A stretch of DNA of 64,000 nucleotides from Eledone cirrhosa (lineage: Eukaryota), in contig OZ024758.1 of assembly GCA_964016885.1 (NCBI GenBank), positions 25,234,001 through 25,298,000 of the forward strand. The letters run 5' to 3'. The position numbers were made by a program, and so were the translations under genes. Positions 1 through 13,980 of the stretch are shown piece by piece (the first letter of the stretch is position 1; every line of letters begins with the position of its first letter). The notes under the pieces were generated by a model. The model was not told where the DNA came from. It saw only the letters and a list, made by a program, of their open reading frames with translations, and searched no databases.

Positions 1-536
1 ACATATATGTATGTACGTATACATACATACTTACATTTAAGTAAGTGCCGTACTAAGAGTGAGAAATGAAATTTCGTTTCATTCTATTCCATTTATCGTT
101 TTCGGTGCGCCTGGCCGACTGAACTCACTTGATATGTAAATTAGGCTGCTCAGCCGTTAATTTTCATAAGGAAAGTATATACTTTCGGACGTTCAACCAT
201 CTGGCAGAAAGGTATACGGTGCTGACGTTAGCTAATAAGCTTGAAACTAGTACATCGTTCCTGTGTCAGTGTTGAACAAAAAGGTGACGTGGTTGCCTAA
301 ACACTGTACGGCGTAATTCAGGCTGTTTGTTTGTTTACAAACGAATAAACCGAGCATTATAATAAATGTTCGGTAAACTGATACGTGCATATATGTATGT
401 GTGTCTGTATGTATATATATACATGCTACTGTACGTCTGTATACATATATGTATGTACGTATACATACATACTTACATTTAAGTAAGTGCCGTACTAAGA
501 GTGAGAAATGAAATTTCGTTTCATTCTATTCCATTT

Positions 537-538
<2 letters not shown>
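1..538 (+). mobile_element. 442-bp tandem unit (about 1.2 copies visible) of a Penelope pLTR/retrozyme-like element
   Basis: 1-96 recurs at 443-538; the unit contains a hammerhead fold and a downstream AATAAA; it ends in the (TA)n array. Confidence 0.55.
216..258 (+). ncRNA. Minimal type I hammerhead ribozyme, variant core
   Basis: Stem I ACGGTG/CATCGT; core CTGACGT (consensus CTGANGA); stem II AGCT-AATA-AGCT; GAAAC-TA-GTA with palindromic ACTAGT. Confidence 0.55.
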
Positions 539-2750
<2,212 letters not shown>

Positions 2751-3556
2751 CCCTAACCCGATGATTCAATATTCTAACATAATTCATCAAGCATCCAATA
2801 TTGAATCCTCGTAGATTATGTGAAGGACATATAATCTATATATTACGTTTCCTGGATTGTGAATATACGAAAACCATAACAATATTTTGCATCTCACTTT
2901 TAATATTTCTCTGCACACAAGCTTCTATATCATACATAAAAAATTCTTTACCAATACAACCCCCATAATACTCTTGATTGCCCGCTTAAAGTGCTTGTAT
3001 TCCATATAACACCTTGCCGCACTATAATCTTATATAAATAAGACACACATGCATGCCCCACGTGTAACTATTGCATACGCTAACTACTTCAAACTATCCT
3101 CCTGCATTATCTTCGTAAACTGCCAATGTTGTATTTAAACTTTAATTTTGTTTTAATTTTCTTTTAATATGACTTTAATCTTTGAATGTAAATTGCCATG
3201 CTAAAATATTATAATGGATGTCAACCCACTGAGCATCGATATATACATGTGTTTCTGTATGTCTCTTGTGTTGGAAAAGAGGTCATGTATGTAAACAATC
3301 ATTGAAAAATTGCTCCGAAGACTCCAGACCTCGGTTTGGAAGAAACAATTGTAAGCTAATAAATGATTTGAACAGAACTTTGATTCATGTGATTTCTATA
3401 TAACTGCTCTGTAGAACAACTGATGTTATTACATTGAGCTATTTATCTTACTGGTAATAAGGTAGTAATTAATTACTGTCTTTCACTGTTTAGGGTTTAA
3501 AATATATATAACTATAAAAGGTTTTAGTATATACATAACCATAAATAGTATCCTTA
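2751..3556 (+). mobile_element. Penelope-like element 3' end (degenerate GIY-YIG C-terminus plus pLTR)
   Basis: Frameshifted [19 protein letters not shown] resembles the R..E...I end of PLE GIY-YIG; followed by a hammerhead fold and AATAAA; (TA)n on both sides. Confidence 0.5.
3309..3360 (+). ncRNA. Minimal hammerhead ribozyme, variant core
   Basis: GCT-CCGAAGA-(C)TCCAGAC-CTCG-GTTTGGA(A)-GAAAC-AATT-GTA-AGC; palindromic ACAATTGT; core has C where U4 is typical; stem I is short. Confidence 0.55.
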
Positions 3557-4398
3557 ATATATATATATATATACATATATACATATATATATACATATAT
3601 ACATATCTATATACATATCTATATACATATATATATACATATATACACATATATATATACATATCTATATACATATACATATATACACATATATACATAC
3701 ATATATACATACATATATACATATATATATACATACATATATACATACATATATATATATACATATATATACATATATATACACATATATATACACATAT
3801 ATATACATATATATACACATATCTATATACATATATATACACATATCTATATACATATATATACACATATCTATATACATATATATACACATATCTATAT
3901 ACATATATATACACATATCTATACACATATCTATATACACATATCTATATACATATATATACACATATCTATATACATATATATACACATATCTATATAC
4001 ATATATATACACATATCTATATACATATATATACACATATCTATATACATATATATACACATATCTATATACATATATATACACATATCTATATACATAT
4101 ATATACACATATCTATATACATATATATACACATATCTAGACACATATCTATATACATATATATACACATATCTATATACATATATATACACATATCTAT
4201 ACACATATCTATACACATATCTATATACATATATATACACATATCTATATACATATATATACACATATCTATATACATATATATACACATATCTATATAC
4301 ATATATACATACATATATACATACATATATATATATATACATACATACATACATATATATACATACATTTATATATACATACATTTATATATACATAC

Positions 4399-4431
<33 letters not shown>

Positions 4432-4587
4432 CATACATATATATACATATATATATATATACATACATATATATACATATATATATATACATACATATAT
4501 ACATATATATATATACATATATATATATACATACATATATATATATACATACATATATATACATATACATATATATATATACATACA

Positions 4588-4628
<41 letters not shown>

Positions 4629-4647
4629 ATACATATATATACATACA

Positions 4648-4688
<41 letters not shown>

Positions 4689-4818
4689 ATACATATATAT
4701 ACATACATATATATATATATATATACATATATATACATACATATATATATATATATACATACATATATATATATATATACATATATATACATATATATAT
4801 ATACATATATATATATAC

Positions 4819-4864
<46 letters not shown>

Positions 4865-5003
4865 GTATATATATATATATGTATGTATATGTATGTATAT
4901 ATATGTATATATATATATGTATATATATATATGTATATATATATATGTATGTATATATATGTATATATATATATGTATGTATATATATGTATATATATAT
5001 ATG

Positions 5004-5049
<46 letters not shown>

Positions 5050-5214
5050 CATATATATATATACACATATATATATACACATATATATATATACATATAT
5101 ATATATACATATATATATATACATATATATATATACATATATACATATATATATATACATATATATACATACATATATATATATACATATATATACATAC
5201 ATATATATATATAC

Positions 5215-5261
<47 letters not shown>

Positions 5262-5267
5262 CATACA

Positions 5268-5299
<32 letters not shown>

Positions 5300-5431
5300 C
5301 ATATATATATATACATATATATACATACATATATATATATACATATATATACATACATATATATATATACATACATATATATATATATACATACATATAT
5401 ATATATATACATACATATATATATACATACA

Positions 5432-5510
<79 letters not shown>

Positions 5511-5547
5511 ACATACATATATATATACATACATATATATATATACA

Positions 5548-5638
<91 letters not shown>

Positions 5639-5645
5639 ACATATG
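3557..5645. repeat. Compound (TA)n/(TACA) microsatellite with a 24-bp sub-array (about 3790-4300) and an inverted block (about 4850-5020)
   Basis: Unit ACATATCTATATACATATATATAC repeated; the TACATA motif flips to TATGTA at 4850-5020. Confidence 0.97.
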
Positions 5646-5684
5646 ATGGCTGCCCCCTCGTTATCGAGTATGGCCATTGCACAA
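5643..5684 (-). mobile_element. Probable 3' terminus of the RTE-BovB-like LINE at 6630-7882
   Basis: Minus strand GTGCAATGGCCATACTCG-ATAA-CGAGGGGGCAGCCATCAT contains a CTCG/CGAG stem-loop like BovB-type 3' ends; same strand as, and downstream of, that ORF. Confidence 0.4.
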
Positions 5685-5708
5685 TAAAAAAAAAAAAAAA
5701 AAAAAAAA

Positions 5709-5757
<49 letters not shown>

Positions 5758-5758
<1 letters not shown>

Positions 5759-6396
5759 AGGAGCAGGCCCTCAAAACGAAGTGGTTGAAGCACCATATCT
5801 ACAAGGAGGAGGCTAGCCCACTGTGCAGGATCTGTGGAGAGAGAGAGGAGACTGTGGCTCACATTGTGTCCGAGTGTAAACACCTAGCCCAGACCCACTA
5901 TAAGGGCTGGAGACACGATGTGATGGGCAGGGTGATCCACTGGCACCTGTGCAAAGTAAACAATCTACCACATTCTGAGAAATGGTATGAGCATAGGCCA
6001 GAGGCGGTGATGGAGAACAGTCAGGTGAAGGTGCTGTGGGATTTTAGGATACAGACGGACAAAAAACTGGAACACAATAGACCTGACCTGGTGGTTGTGG
6101 ACAAAGAAAAAAGATCGTGCCTGATTGTGGATGTGGCCTGCCCGTTCGACACGAGAGTGCAAGAGAAGGAGAGGGAGAAAATTAACCGATACCAGGACCT
6201 AAAGTGGGAGGTGAAAAGGATTTGGAACTGCCATGAAGTCAAAGTGATCCCGATTGTCATAGGCGCACTGGGGACTATCTCCAAAGGTTTCCAGGGATGG
6301 TTAAAGAAAATCGGCCCCTTCACGCTTTTTGGAACGCTTCAAAAGGCATGCTTGCTTGGAACGGCAAGAACCCTCCGATACGTCCTGAATATCTGA
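5758..6396 (+). CDS. C-terminal zinc knuckle plus restriction-like endonuclease of the R4/Dong ORF (partial, no true start)
   Basis: Open frame QEQALKT...LRYVLNI*; the poly-K/poly-I N-terminus in the ORF track is flanking simple repeat. Confidence 0.85.
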
Positions 6397-6468
6397 GGCT
6401 GCAGGTAGTGGCTTGATATTCAATCCAACGGACTTTCCAGTTAACCAACATCAATGACTGAGATTCAA
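5758..6468 (+). mobile_element. 5'-truncated R4/Dong-clade non-LTR retrotransposon
   Basis: CCHC knuckle [21 protein letters not shown] motif, PD-(D/E)xK endonuclease RPDLVVVD...VDVACP...[13 protein letters not shown]; (TAA)n on both sides, the known Dong target. Confidence 0.9.
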
Positions 6469-6577
6469 GGAATAACAATAACAATAATAATAATAATAAT
6501 AGCAATAATAATAATAACGACAACAACAATAATATACATATTCATATATATATACACACACACGCACGCACATAAGC

Positions 6578-6621
<44 letters not shown>

Positions 6622-6629
6622 GATAGCAA

Positions 6630-7882
6630 CTAACAGTGCTGCGATCGAATGTGGCTTTTTAGCCCAGCCAATGATCCAAAATGTCTTGCACAGAGTCGGC
6701 AACCAAAACATTTACTGGGAATAGTCGGCTGTGGTTGGAGTTCGTGTACTTTTGCATGTCGCTTGAGTCCTCCTGCTGATTTACATTCTCTACCACATGT
6801 TTGGCAAGCATGATGAGTAGCATCTCCAACAGCAGCCTGGTAGTCAACCACTGGTCTTACTTTATGACTGCGAAGATGACTTTCGAGTCCAGCTTTGCTT
6901 AGGCAGAGTCTCGCACAGACGCTGCATGTCAGAAACATAGGAGGACCCTCGCCGTCTGGAAGTGCAACAGCAATACCCTTCCTCACGTCCCGCTTTACTT
7001 TCTCGTGTGCGATTCGAGATGCCTCAAAGGCAACTTTTCCCTCATATACAGTCTTTCTCCATTTATTACGATCAGCAGCAATATTTTCCCATGTATCAGC
7101 AGAGATGTTAGCGTCTTTCAGAGAGGCCTTCAAGGAATCCTTATACCTCTTTTTTGGTTTATGTGGCGGTCGTTTTCCTTTAACCAACTCTCCATAGAAG
7201 AGTTGTTTTGGTATTCTAGAATCCTTCATCCTGGCAAGGTGACCACTCCAACGGAGTCGCTGCTTAAGCACAAGAGCTTCTATACTATCACACATAGAGC
7301 TTTCCAAAATCTCGACATCACTGATGTGGTCCCTCCAGCGAACGCCATGTATCCGTCTGAGACACATCTGATGGAAACGCTCCAATTGCTTAAGGTGGCG
7401 TCGATATGTGACCCAGGTCTCGCAGGCATAAAGAAGACAAGAGAGTACACATGCCCTGTACACCCTTACCTTTGTCCTCCTGCATATGTCTCGCCGACCC
7501 CAGAGTCGCCTTTCTAGCTTTCCGAAAGCATCACTTGCTTTCCTAATCCTAAGTGAGATTTCACTGTCAAGGTTGCCGTATCGATTGACAGTGCTTCCCA
7601 GGTAGACAAACTGATCAACCACTCCAAGTCGTTTGCCATACACATAGATGTTTGGTTCAGTGTACTGCCTACCAGGTGCAGGTTGGTACATGACGACGGT
7701 TTTCTTGAGACTGACAGTCAAACCCAGGGCAGTGCAAGCGTCAGAAAATACATTCAAAATGTGCTGCATATCACTCTCTGTGTGCGCTACAAGATCGCAA
7801 TCATCTGCATACAAGAGGTCTCTTATGACTGATGTAAATACTTTTGTCTTCGCAGCAAAGCGCCTGATGTTAAATATGCTGC
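6630..7882 (-). CDS. RTE-BovB-like LINE reverse transcriptase C-terminal half with three C2H2 zinc fingers (5' part lost in the gap)
   Basis: FNIRRFAAKTKV, LLYADD, FVYLGS, LLYACETW, RLRWSGHLARM..RIPKQLFYGEL; three CxxC...H...H fingers; no stops. Confidence 0.93.
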
Positions 7883-8082
7883 NNNNNNNNNNNNNNNNNN
7901 NNNNNNNNNNNNNNNNNNNNNNNNNNNNNNNNNNNNNNNNNNNNNNNNNNNNNNNNNNNNNNNNNNNNNNNNNNNNNNNNNNNNNNNNNNNNNNNNNNNN
8001 NNNNNNNNNNNNNNNNNNNNNNNNNNNNNNNNNNNNNNNNNNNNNNNNNNNNNNNNNNNNNNNNNNNNNNNNNNNNNNNNNN
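7883..8082. other. Assembly gap (200 N)
   Basis: Run of N. Confidence 1.
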
Positions 8083-8134
<52 letters not shown>

Positions 8135-8204
8135 ACATATATATATGTATATCTATATATATATATATATATAAATATATATACATATATATACATATAT
8201 ATAC

Positions 8205-8235
<31 letters not shown>

Positions 8236-8239
8236 TACA

Positions 8240-8348
8240 ATAATTGTTTCTACTCTTGGCACAAGGCCAGCATTTAAACAGTACATTACTGGTACTTTAT
8301 TTTATCGACCCCCGTAAGGATTAAAGGCAAAGTTAACCTCGGCGGGAT
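8240..8348 (-). mobile_element. SINE family A, 5'-truncated
   Basis: Reverse complement of GCCGAGGTTAACTTTGCC...GGGTCGATAAAATAAAGTACCAG...GTAGAAACAATTA. Confidence 0.85.
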
Positions 8349-9119
8349 GAGAGGTTTACAGATATATGTATGTGTATACATACATATAATATATTATATT
8401 ATAAACACCAGCAGAAGATAAAAAGCAAATGAAATATATACAAAAGAGAAAGATAGAAACGCTTATAAATAACAATTATTTTAAAACATACTAAACTGGA
8501 GAAAAGAAACGATATATATAATGTATATATATATATATACACACATAATGTATGTATAAAAAAATGTGTATGAAATAAAAAAAGAAGTTATGGAAAGGGA
8601 GGGAAAGAGAGAAGAAAAACAGAAAGGGAGTAGAAAGAAAGAGAGAAATAAGAAACAGGAAAAACAAGACACAGAATATAAGGGAGGGAGGGAGTAAAAT
8701 AAGGGAGGTAATAAATAAGAAACAGGAAAAAACAAAACAGAATATAAGGGAGGAAGGGGGTGAAATAAGGGAGGTAATAAATGCAAGCTGAAATTATTAA
8801 TTATTTAAAAAAATAAACTTTTTTTCTATAATTTAACTGTAAATATAAAAATATACAATACTTAGCAGTACTTAATTATTGTAGATGAAAAAAAAAGTAT
8901 TGTTGTTAAAACCAAACGATCTGAATAATTTCAGTTAAAAACGAATACCGGTTTATTTATCAGACCGACTATATAGTTTAAAGAGGAGGGAAAAAAAATT
9001 AAAATAAGGTTAGAACGATCGGAATGTATTAAACTGCTAATATTTACTGCTATAGTGGGTAGCTATGTTGGAAGATTTTATAAATATAGTTGTACACTTA
9101 AAAACTACATCTATTAACT

Positions 9120-9660
9120 AAGCAACAATTTAACAGGAAGTGTTAAATAACGTCAATATTTAAATATCCAACATGGCTTCTGGAAAGCAAAAGCTACAGA
9201 ATGAAACGGATAAAGTAAGGAATATAATGTGACAAAGCAGGGAATTATTTACAGTTTCGAAATGTAATATTATTTCACAAGTAAACGATAAGTTGAACAA
9301 GCAATCTGAAATTTGAATATCTCATTGTACATTCAAATCCACACAGAGAAAAATACTTTGTACGAAACAAAGAAAAACCTACCACTTTTAGTGATAAATC
9401 GTTTAGGTTCTTTCTTTCAGCTAAGGTATTCCAGACATTCATTTTAGCATTCAATTACAAAATTTTGATCATTGCGTGATGAAATATAATTAAATCGTTA
9501 TTCTTAATTCAAAGTCGTTTCCAGAGGAAACAAATAGGAATCTGCTACTTCATCTGCGTACGGTACTGCGCATATGCAATAACAACTTCCGGTAAACTCA
9601 GCCTGGGCTCTTCTCATCGTCGCTTACAAGCTGCTTAGTAGGCAAAAAAAATAACCGAAG
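9120..9660. promoter_or_regulatory. Candidate promoter region in a repeat-poor island
   Basis: ETS-like ACAGGAAGTG (9133) and ACTTCCGGT (9585), YY1-like CAACATGGC (9169), NRF1-like TGCGCATATGCA (9567); motif matches only. Confidence 0.35.
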
Positions 9661-10309
9661 ATTTTTCATTTATATGAATTGCTTTCGCTGCAGATAGTTA
9701 TTAATATATTTTAAACTCTAAAAATGAAAATTAATTAATAAACTCTAACAGAATTCTGACATGCTCTTATAACGTTATACAAAAATAATTATTTACAGTA
9801 GGAGTATGAGAAGAAGCGGGATCAGTTTTAAAAAAAATATGCTTCAATAGCGTGACTATACAAGCGAGTGTCCGTATGAGTTCATACAATGCTTTTATTT
9901 AATCGTGCCACTTTTTGTTATATCTCAAACCCGATGGATGATTTTATTTATCGATGTCGTTAACATATAGTCTTTTTACTACTACAAGAAATATTTCAAA
10001 ACTATGCTATTTTCCCCGCCACAATCATTACAACCACATTTTCTTTCCTGAAATTTTATGAATAACTTCGACAAGTTTTCTTTATGAACTTTCGCTTTTT
10101 TTTTTTTTTTCTTTCTAAAGAAGAAATAATAAAACACTGTTAAAATTAAAATGGACATTAAACTGGGTGTATTGTTTTCTGTGTTTTTATTTATATATAT
10201 ATATATATATATATTTATGAGTGTGTCGTTAAATAATTGTTTTTAAAAAAAATGCAAGTGTCTTTTGTGGTTATTAAAACAAAAGAACAATGTAAGCGCG
10301 CCTTTAGTT

Positions 10310-10729
10310 TTCAGTGTCGAGTGGCAGTTAAAGTGCAAACTATTATTCTCTCTTACAACTTTTACAGACATCGCGATACAGAGAGTCATTTCAATTTAAA
10401 ACTTTCACATAAAATTAATAATTATAATCAATACTATTTCTTTAGTTTTGTTTCTTTTTCGGGGGGGGGGGGGGGGTTTTTTATTTAACATTTTTTTTTT
10501 TACATATTAAAATTTTTTTAATTATAATTGAATGCTGAAGAAGAAGAAAAAAAAGGGGGGGGGGGCTGATTTTTTTTTTTTTTTTTTTTTTTTTTATTAA
10601 CATATATATTTATTGATAAATAAAATATGAAATTCAGCAATTTTTCTGGGATGGTTTAATTTGATTTTGTCTGAATATGGAAATATATTGTGTACGAAGA
10701 CAAATCATTTACAAGCAGCATAAATCATG
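10310..10729 (+). other. Candidate first exon of a host gene ending in ATG|GTAAGA
   Basis: Inr-like TCAGT at 10310; unique sequence; AAATCATG followed by donor GTAAGA at 10730 and a T-rich tract. Confidence 0.3.
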
Positions 10730-10812
10730 GTAAGAATATTTTTTTTTTTATCGATTAGTTTGAAAATAGGGCAGCGCCAGCAGCCCTGTCAAACCCTAGT
10801 AACCTTGGTGAT

Positions 10813-10854
<42 letters not shown>

Positions 10855-10882
10855 ATGATATTAAATAAATGGAAACTATATT

Positions 10883-10945
10883 TATTCAATTATATATATT
10901 TCAAAGGGTACCAACATTTTGGTACGCTATCATCAGATAAAATAT
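10883..10945 (-). ncRNA. Minimal hammerhead ribozyme in a pLTR-like fragment (about 10848-10948)
   Basis: Minus: TATTTTAT-CTGATGA-tagcGTACCA aaatgt TGGTACccttt-GAAA-TATATA-TA-ATTGAATA. Confidence 0.6.
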
Positions 10946-10946
10946 A

Positions 10947-11132
10947 TAATTGTTTCTACTGTTGGCACAAGGCCAGCAATTAAACAGTGTATTACTGGTA
11001 CTTTATTTTATCGACCCCGTAAGGATGAAAGGCAAAGTTAACCTTGGCGGGATTTGAACTCAGAATGGCAAGGACCGTAACTCTATGCTAGAAAGCATGG
11101 CGTCCGACCCTCTACCGATACTGCCAATCCAC
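10947..11132 (-). mobile_element. SINE family A (tRNA-derived head), near full length
   Basis: A-box-like TGGCAGTATCGG and B-box GAGTTCAAATCC on minus; central GCCTTTCATCCTTACGGGGTCGATAAAAT (recalled as MetaSINE-domain-like). Confidence 0.9.
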
Positions 11133-11142
11133 AATGTTTTAG

Positions 11143-11179
<37 letters not shown>

Positions 11180-11250
11180 GGACTTCCAACAGAAATGGTT
11201 GCATTCTTTAAGGGTATGTCAATATTTATTTATAAAACTGATCTATATTA

Positions 11251-11315
11251 TATTTTATCTGATGAAAGCACACCATAATTTAACTTGGTGTCCTTGAAAT
11301 ATGTATAATGAAATA
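11251..11315 (+). ncRNA. Minimal hammerhead ribozyme in a pLTR-like fragment (about 11177-11362)
   Basis: TATTTTAT-CTGATGA-AAGcACACCA...TGGTGTcCTT-GAAA-TATGTA-TA-ATGAAATA; 8-bp stem I. Confidence 0.75.
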
Positions 11316-11977
11316 AATATGGTTTTATAAATATTGTTTCCATTTGTTAATATATCGTGTATATATATATATATCCATAATTTCCTTCCAACTATTTAAC
11401 CTTTTATAATATTAACCACAATAAATCTTATATATATATAAGATTTATTGAGGTTAATGTTCGGTTAGTATTATAACAGATTGATAGTTGATAGTTGGAA
11501 GGAAATTATGGACAAAAAATACCTGTGCAGATAAGCTGTTATAGGGAATATGTGTTGATATCGAGAGACTGTTGATAACCACCGTATGAGAGGTGTTAAT
11601 CGATTGAGTATGGATGGAAGCATTATAGAGTGAGTCTTCAAGTTCAGAGGAACGGGAACCGTTCTAATAGTAGATAAGACTGAAAGATATATCATAACTA
11701 TGTACCGTGAGTGTTGCTGGCTGAAATATTGGAAAATGGCCATTTTGGTCAGTGTCTGTTATTATAATAATTATGAGGTTCACTCTATCGAATCGTGTAC
11801 GTTGGAAGAACGGTATTTTCGGGCTCTGTGATACCAACATATGTTCCATTAGACATTATGTAATATTGTCTTTCTAATAAGAAATTGTAAAAAAACTTTA
11901 ATTTCTGAAGAATGTGTTGGTTTTAACTGTGTGTTCATGAGTAGTGCGAATTTATTGAGTGTAATTGTGCGGTTATA

Positions 11978-12735
11978 CCCGCCGAGGTTAGCTTTGCCTT
12001 TTTCATCCTTACGTGAGTGATAAAATAAAGTACCAGTCACGCACTGGGGTCGATTTAATCGACTTTCCCCTCCCCCAAATTGTTGGCTTTGTGCCTATAG
12101 TAGAAATCATTATTATCACGGTTAGCTTTGCCTTTCATCCTTTAGGGGTCGATAAAATAAAGTACCAGTCACGCACTGGGGTCGATTTAATCGACTTTCC
12201 CCTCCCCCAAATTGTTGGCTTTGTGCCTATAGTAGAAATCATTATTATCACGGTTAGCTTTGCCTTTCATCCTTTAGGGGTCGATAAAATAAAGTACCAG
12301 TCACGCACTGGGGTCGATTTAATCGACTTTCCCCTCCCCCAAATTGTTGGCTTTGTGCCTATAGTAGAAATCATTATTATCACGGTTAGCTTTGCCTTTC
12401 ATCCTTTAGGGGTCGATAAAATAAAGTACCAGTCACGCACTGGGGTCGATTTAATCGACTTTCCCCTCCCCCAAATTGTTGGCTTTGTGCCTATAGTAGA
12501 AATCATTATTATCACGGTTAGCTTTGCCTTTCATCCTTTAGGGGTCGATAAAATAAAGTACCAGTCACGCACTAGGCTCGATTTAATCGACTTTCCTCTT
12601 CCCAAATTGATGGCATTGTGCCTATATCCCGCCGAGGTTAACTTCGCCTTTCATCCTTACGGAGTCGATAAAATAAAGTACCAGTAATACACTGGGATAA
12701 TTGGTGGCCTTGTGCCAAAAGTAGAAACAATTATT
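11978..12735 (+). repeat. 132-bp tandem array of a SINE A-type 3' half (about 5 copies) plus a further truncated SINE A
   Basis: GTTAGC unit starts at 11987, 12121, 12253, 12385, 12517. Confidence 0.95.
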
Positions 12736-13214
12736 TTGAGTGTAACTTCTTGAGATACGAAGTATTTGCATAATGTGATTGGTTGTCATCGGCTGAAGGT
12801 AACAAGTGGGTTATTAAAGATAAATTATATATTAAAAAAAAAAAGCTTTAAGATAAGACCCTTTTGATACAGTAGGGGTTGGGAAAATAAAAGTCAACAT
12901 ATACTAAAATGTATACTGATGATAGGTCGGCTCGGTTGCCTTATTTCGAATATGGCAGCCCTTACAAACAAACTGAATTTTAGCACACTTACAAGTATAT
13001 TTTTTTCAATTCTTCTCAAAAGAAGAAAAGAATGGTGAGCTTTCCTAATTTTCGTCAAAACAAAACATCCTTCAATACAAGAAAAATAAATAGAGAAAAC
13101 CTGCAAATGTAGGAATAATGTGTTTATTACTACCATATACATGCTAAAGAGAATTTTTCGAATATGGCATCAAAGTTTCAAATTCTTTCGAGAGAGACGG
13201 TCGGTTGAAAATCT

Positions 13215-13348
13215 CATCACCTGAGTATACTGGAGCAATGTGAAATGAAGTGTTTTGCTCAAGAACACAACACACAACCCAGCTCAGGAATCCATGACAT
13301 TATGATCCTAAGTCTAGCATCCTTAACCACTGGGCCACTCGTCTCCAC
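13215..13348 (-). mobile_element. Degenerate tRNA-head SINE fragment
   Basis: Minus TGGCCCAGTGGTTAAGG...TTCTTGAGCAAAACACTTCATTTCACATTGCTCCAG, as in the family B head and 46068. Confidence 0.7.
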
Positions 13349-13354
13349 TTTATT

Positions 13355-13980
13355 TACAAGGGTCAGCTGAAAAGTTCATAGGCTGACCAAGATACTCTCA
13401 TGGAATGACCAAATGAGGTTTATTTTTCAACATAGTCCCTGGAAAGAAACAATGTAGTTATTAATAAGAAGAGTTGAAATTAATGCCTGCAAGATTTCAC
13501 AGCTCTAGCATCACTCCTTCATAGGCTGACTAAGATACTTTCATGGAATGACCAAATGAGGTTTATTTTTAACATAGTCCCTGGAAAGAAACAACAATGT
13601 AGTTATTAATAAGAAGAGTTGAAATTAATGCATGCAAGATTTCACAGCTCTAGCATCCCTCCTTCATAGGCTGACCAAGATACTCTCATGGAATGACCAA
13701 ATGAGGTTTATTTTTCAACACAATCCCTCGAAAGAAACAATGCAGTTATTAATAAGAAGAGTTGAAATTACTTCATGCAAGATTTCACAGCTCTAGCATC
13801 ACTCCTTCATAGGCTGACTAAGATACTCTTGTGGAATGACCAAATGAGGTTTATTTTTCAACACAATCCCTCGAAAGAAACAATGCAGTTATTAATAAGA
13901 AGAGTTGAAATTAATACATGCAAGATTTCACAGCTCTAGCATCACTCCTTCATAGTTAGTCTATGAACATTTCAGCCTAT
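13355..13980 (+). mobile_element. Mariner-like MITE with its interior amplified 4x (143-145 bp unit)
   Basis: TA-CAAGGGTCAGCTGAAAAGTTCATAG left TIR; CTATGAACATTTCAGCC right TIR; TTCATAG at 13375, 13518, 13663, 13806, 13949. Confidence 0.85.

Noticed and set aside
12013-12687. 224-aa ORF with 44-aa repeats
   Set aside because: In-frame read-through of the 132-bp SINE-derived array
12917-12960. CTGATGA followed by a weak stem
   Set aside because: No GAAA, stem III or stem I; not a hammerhead
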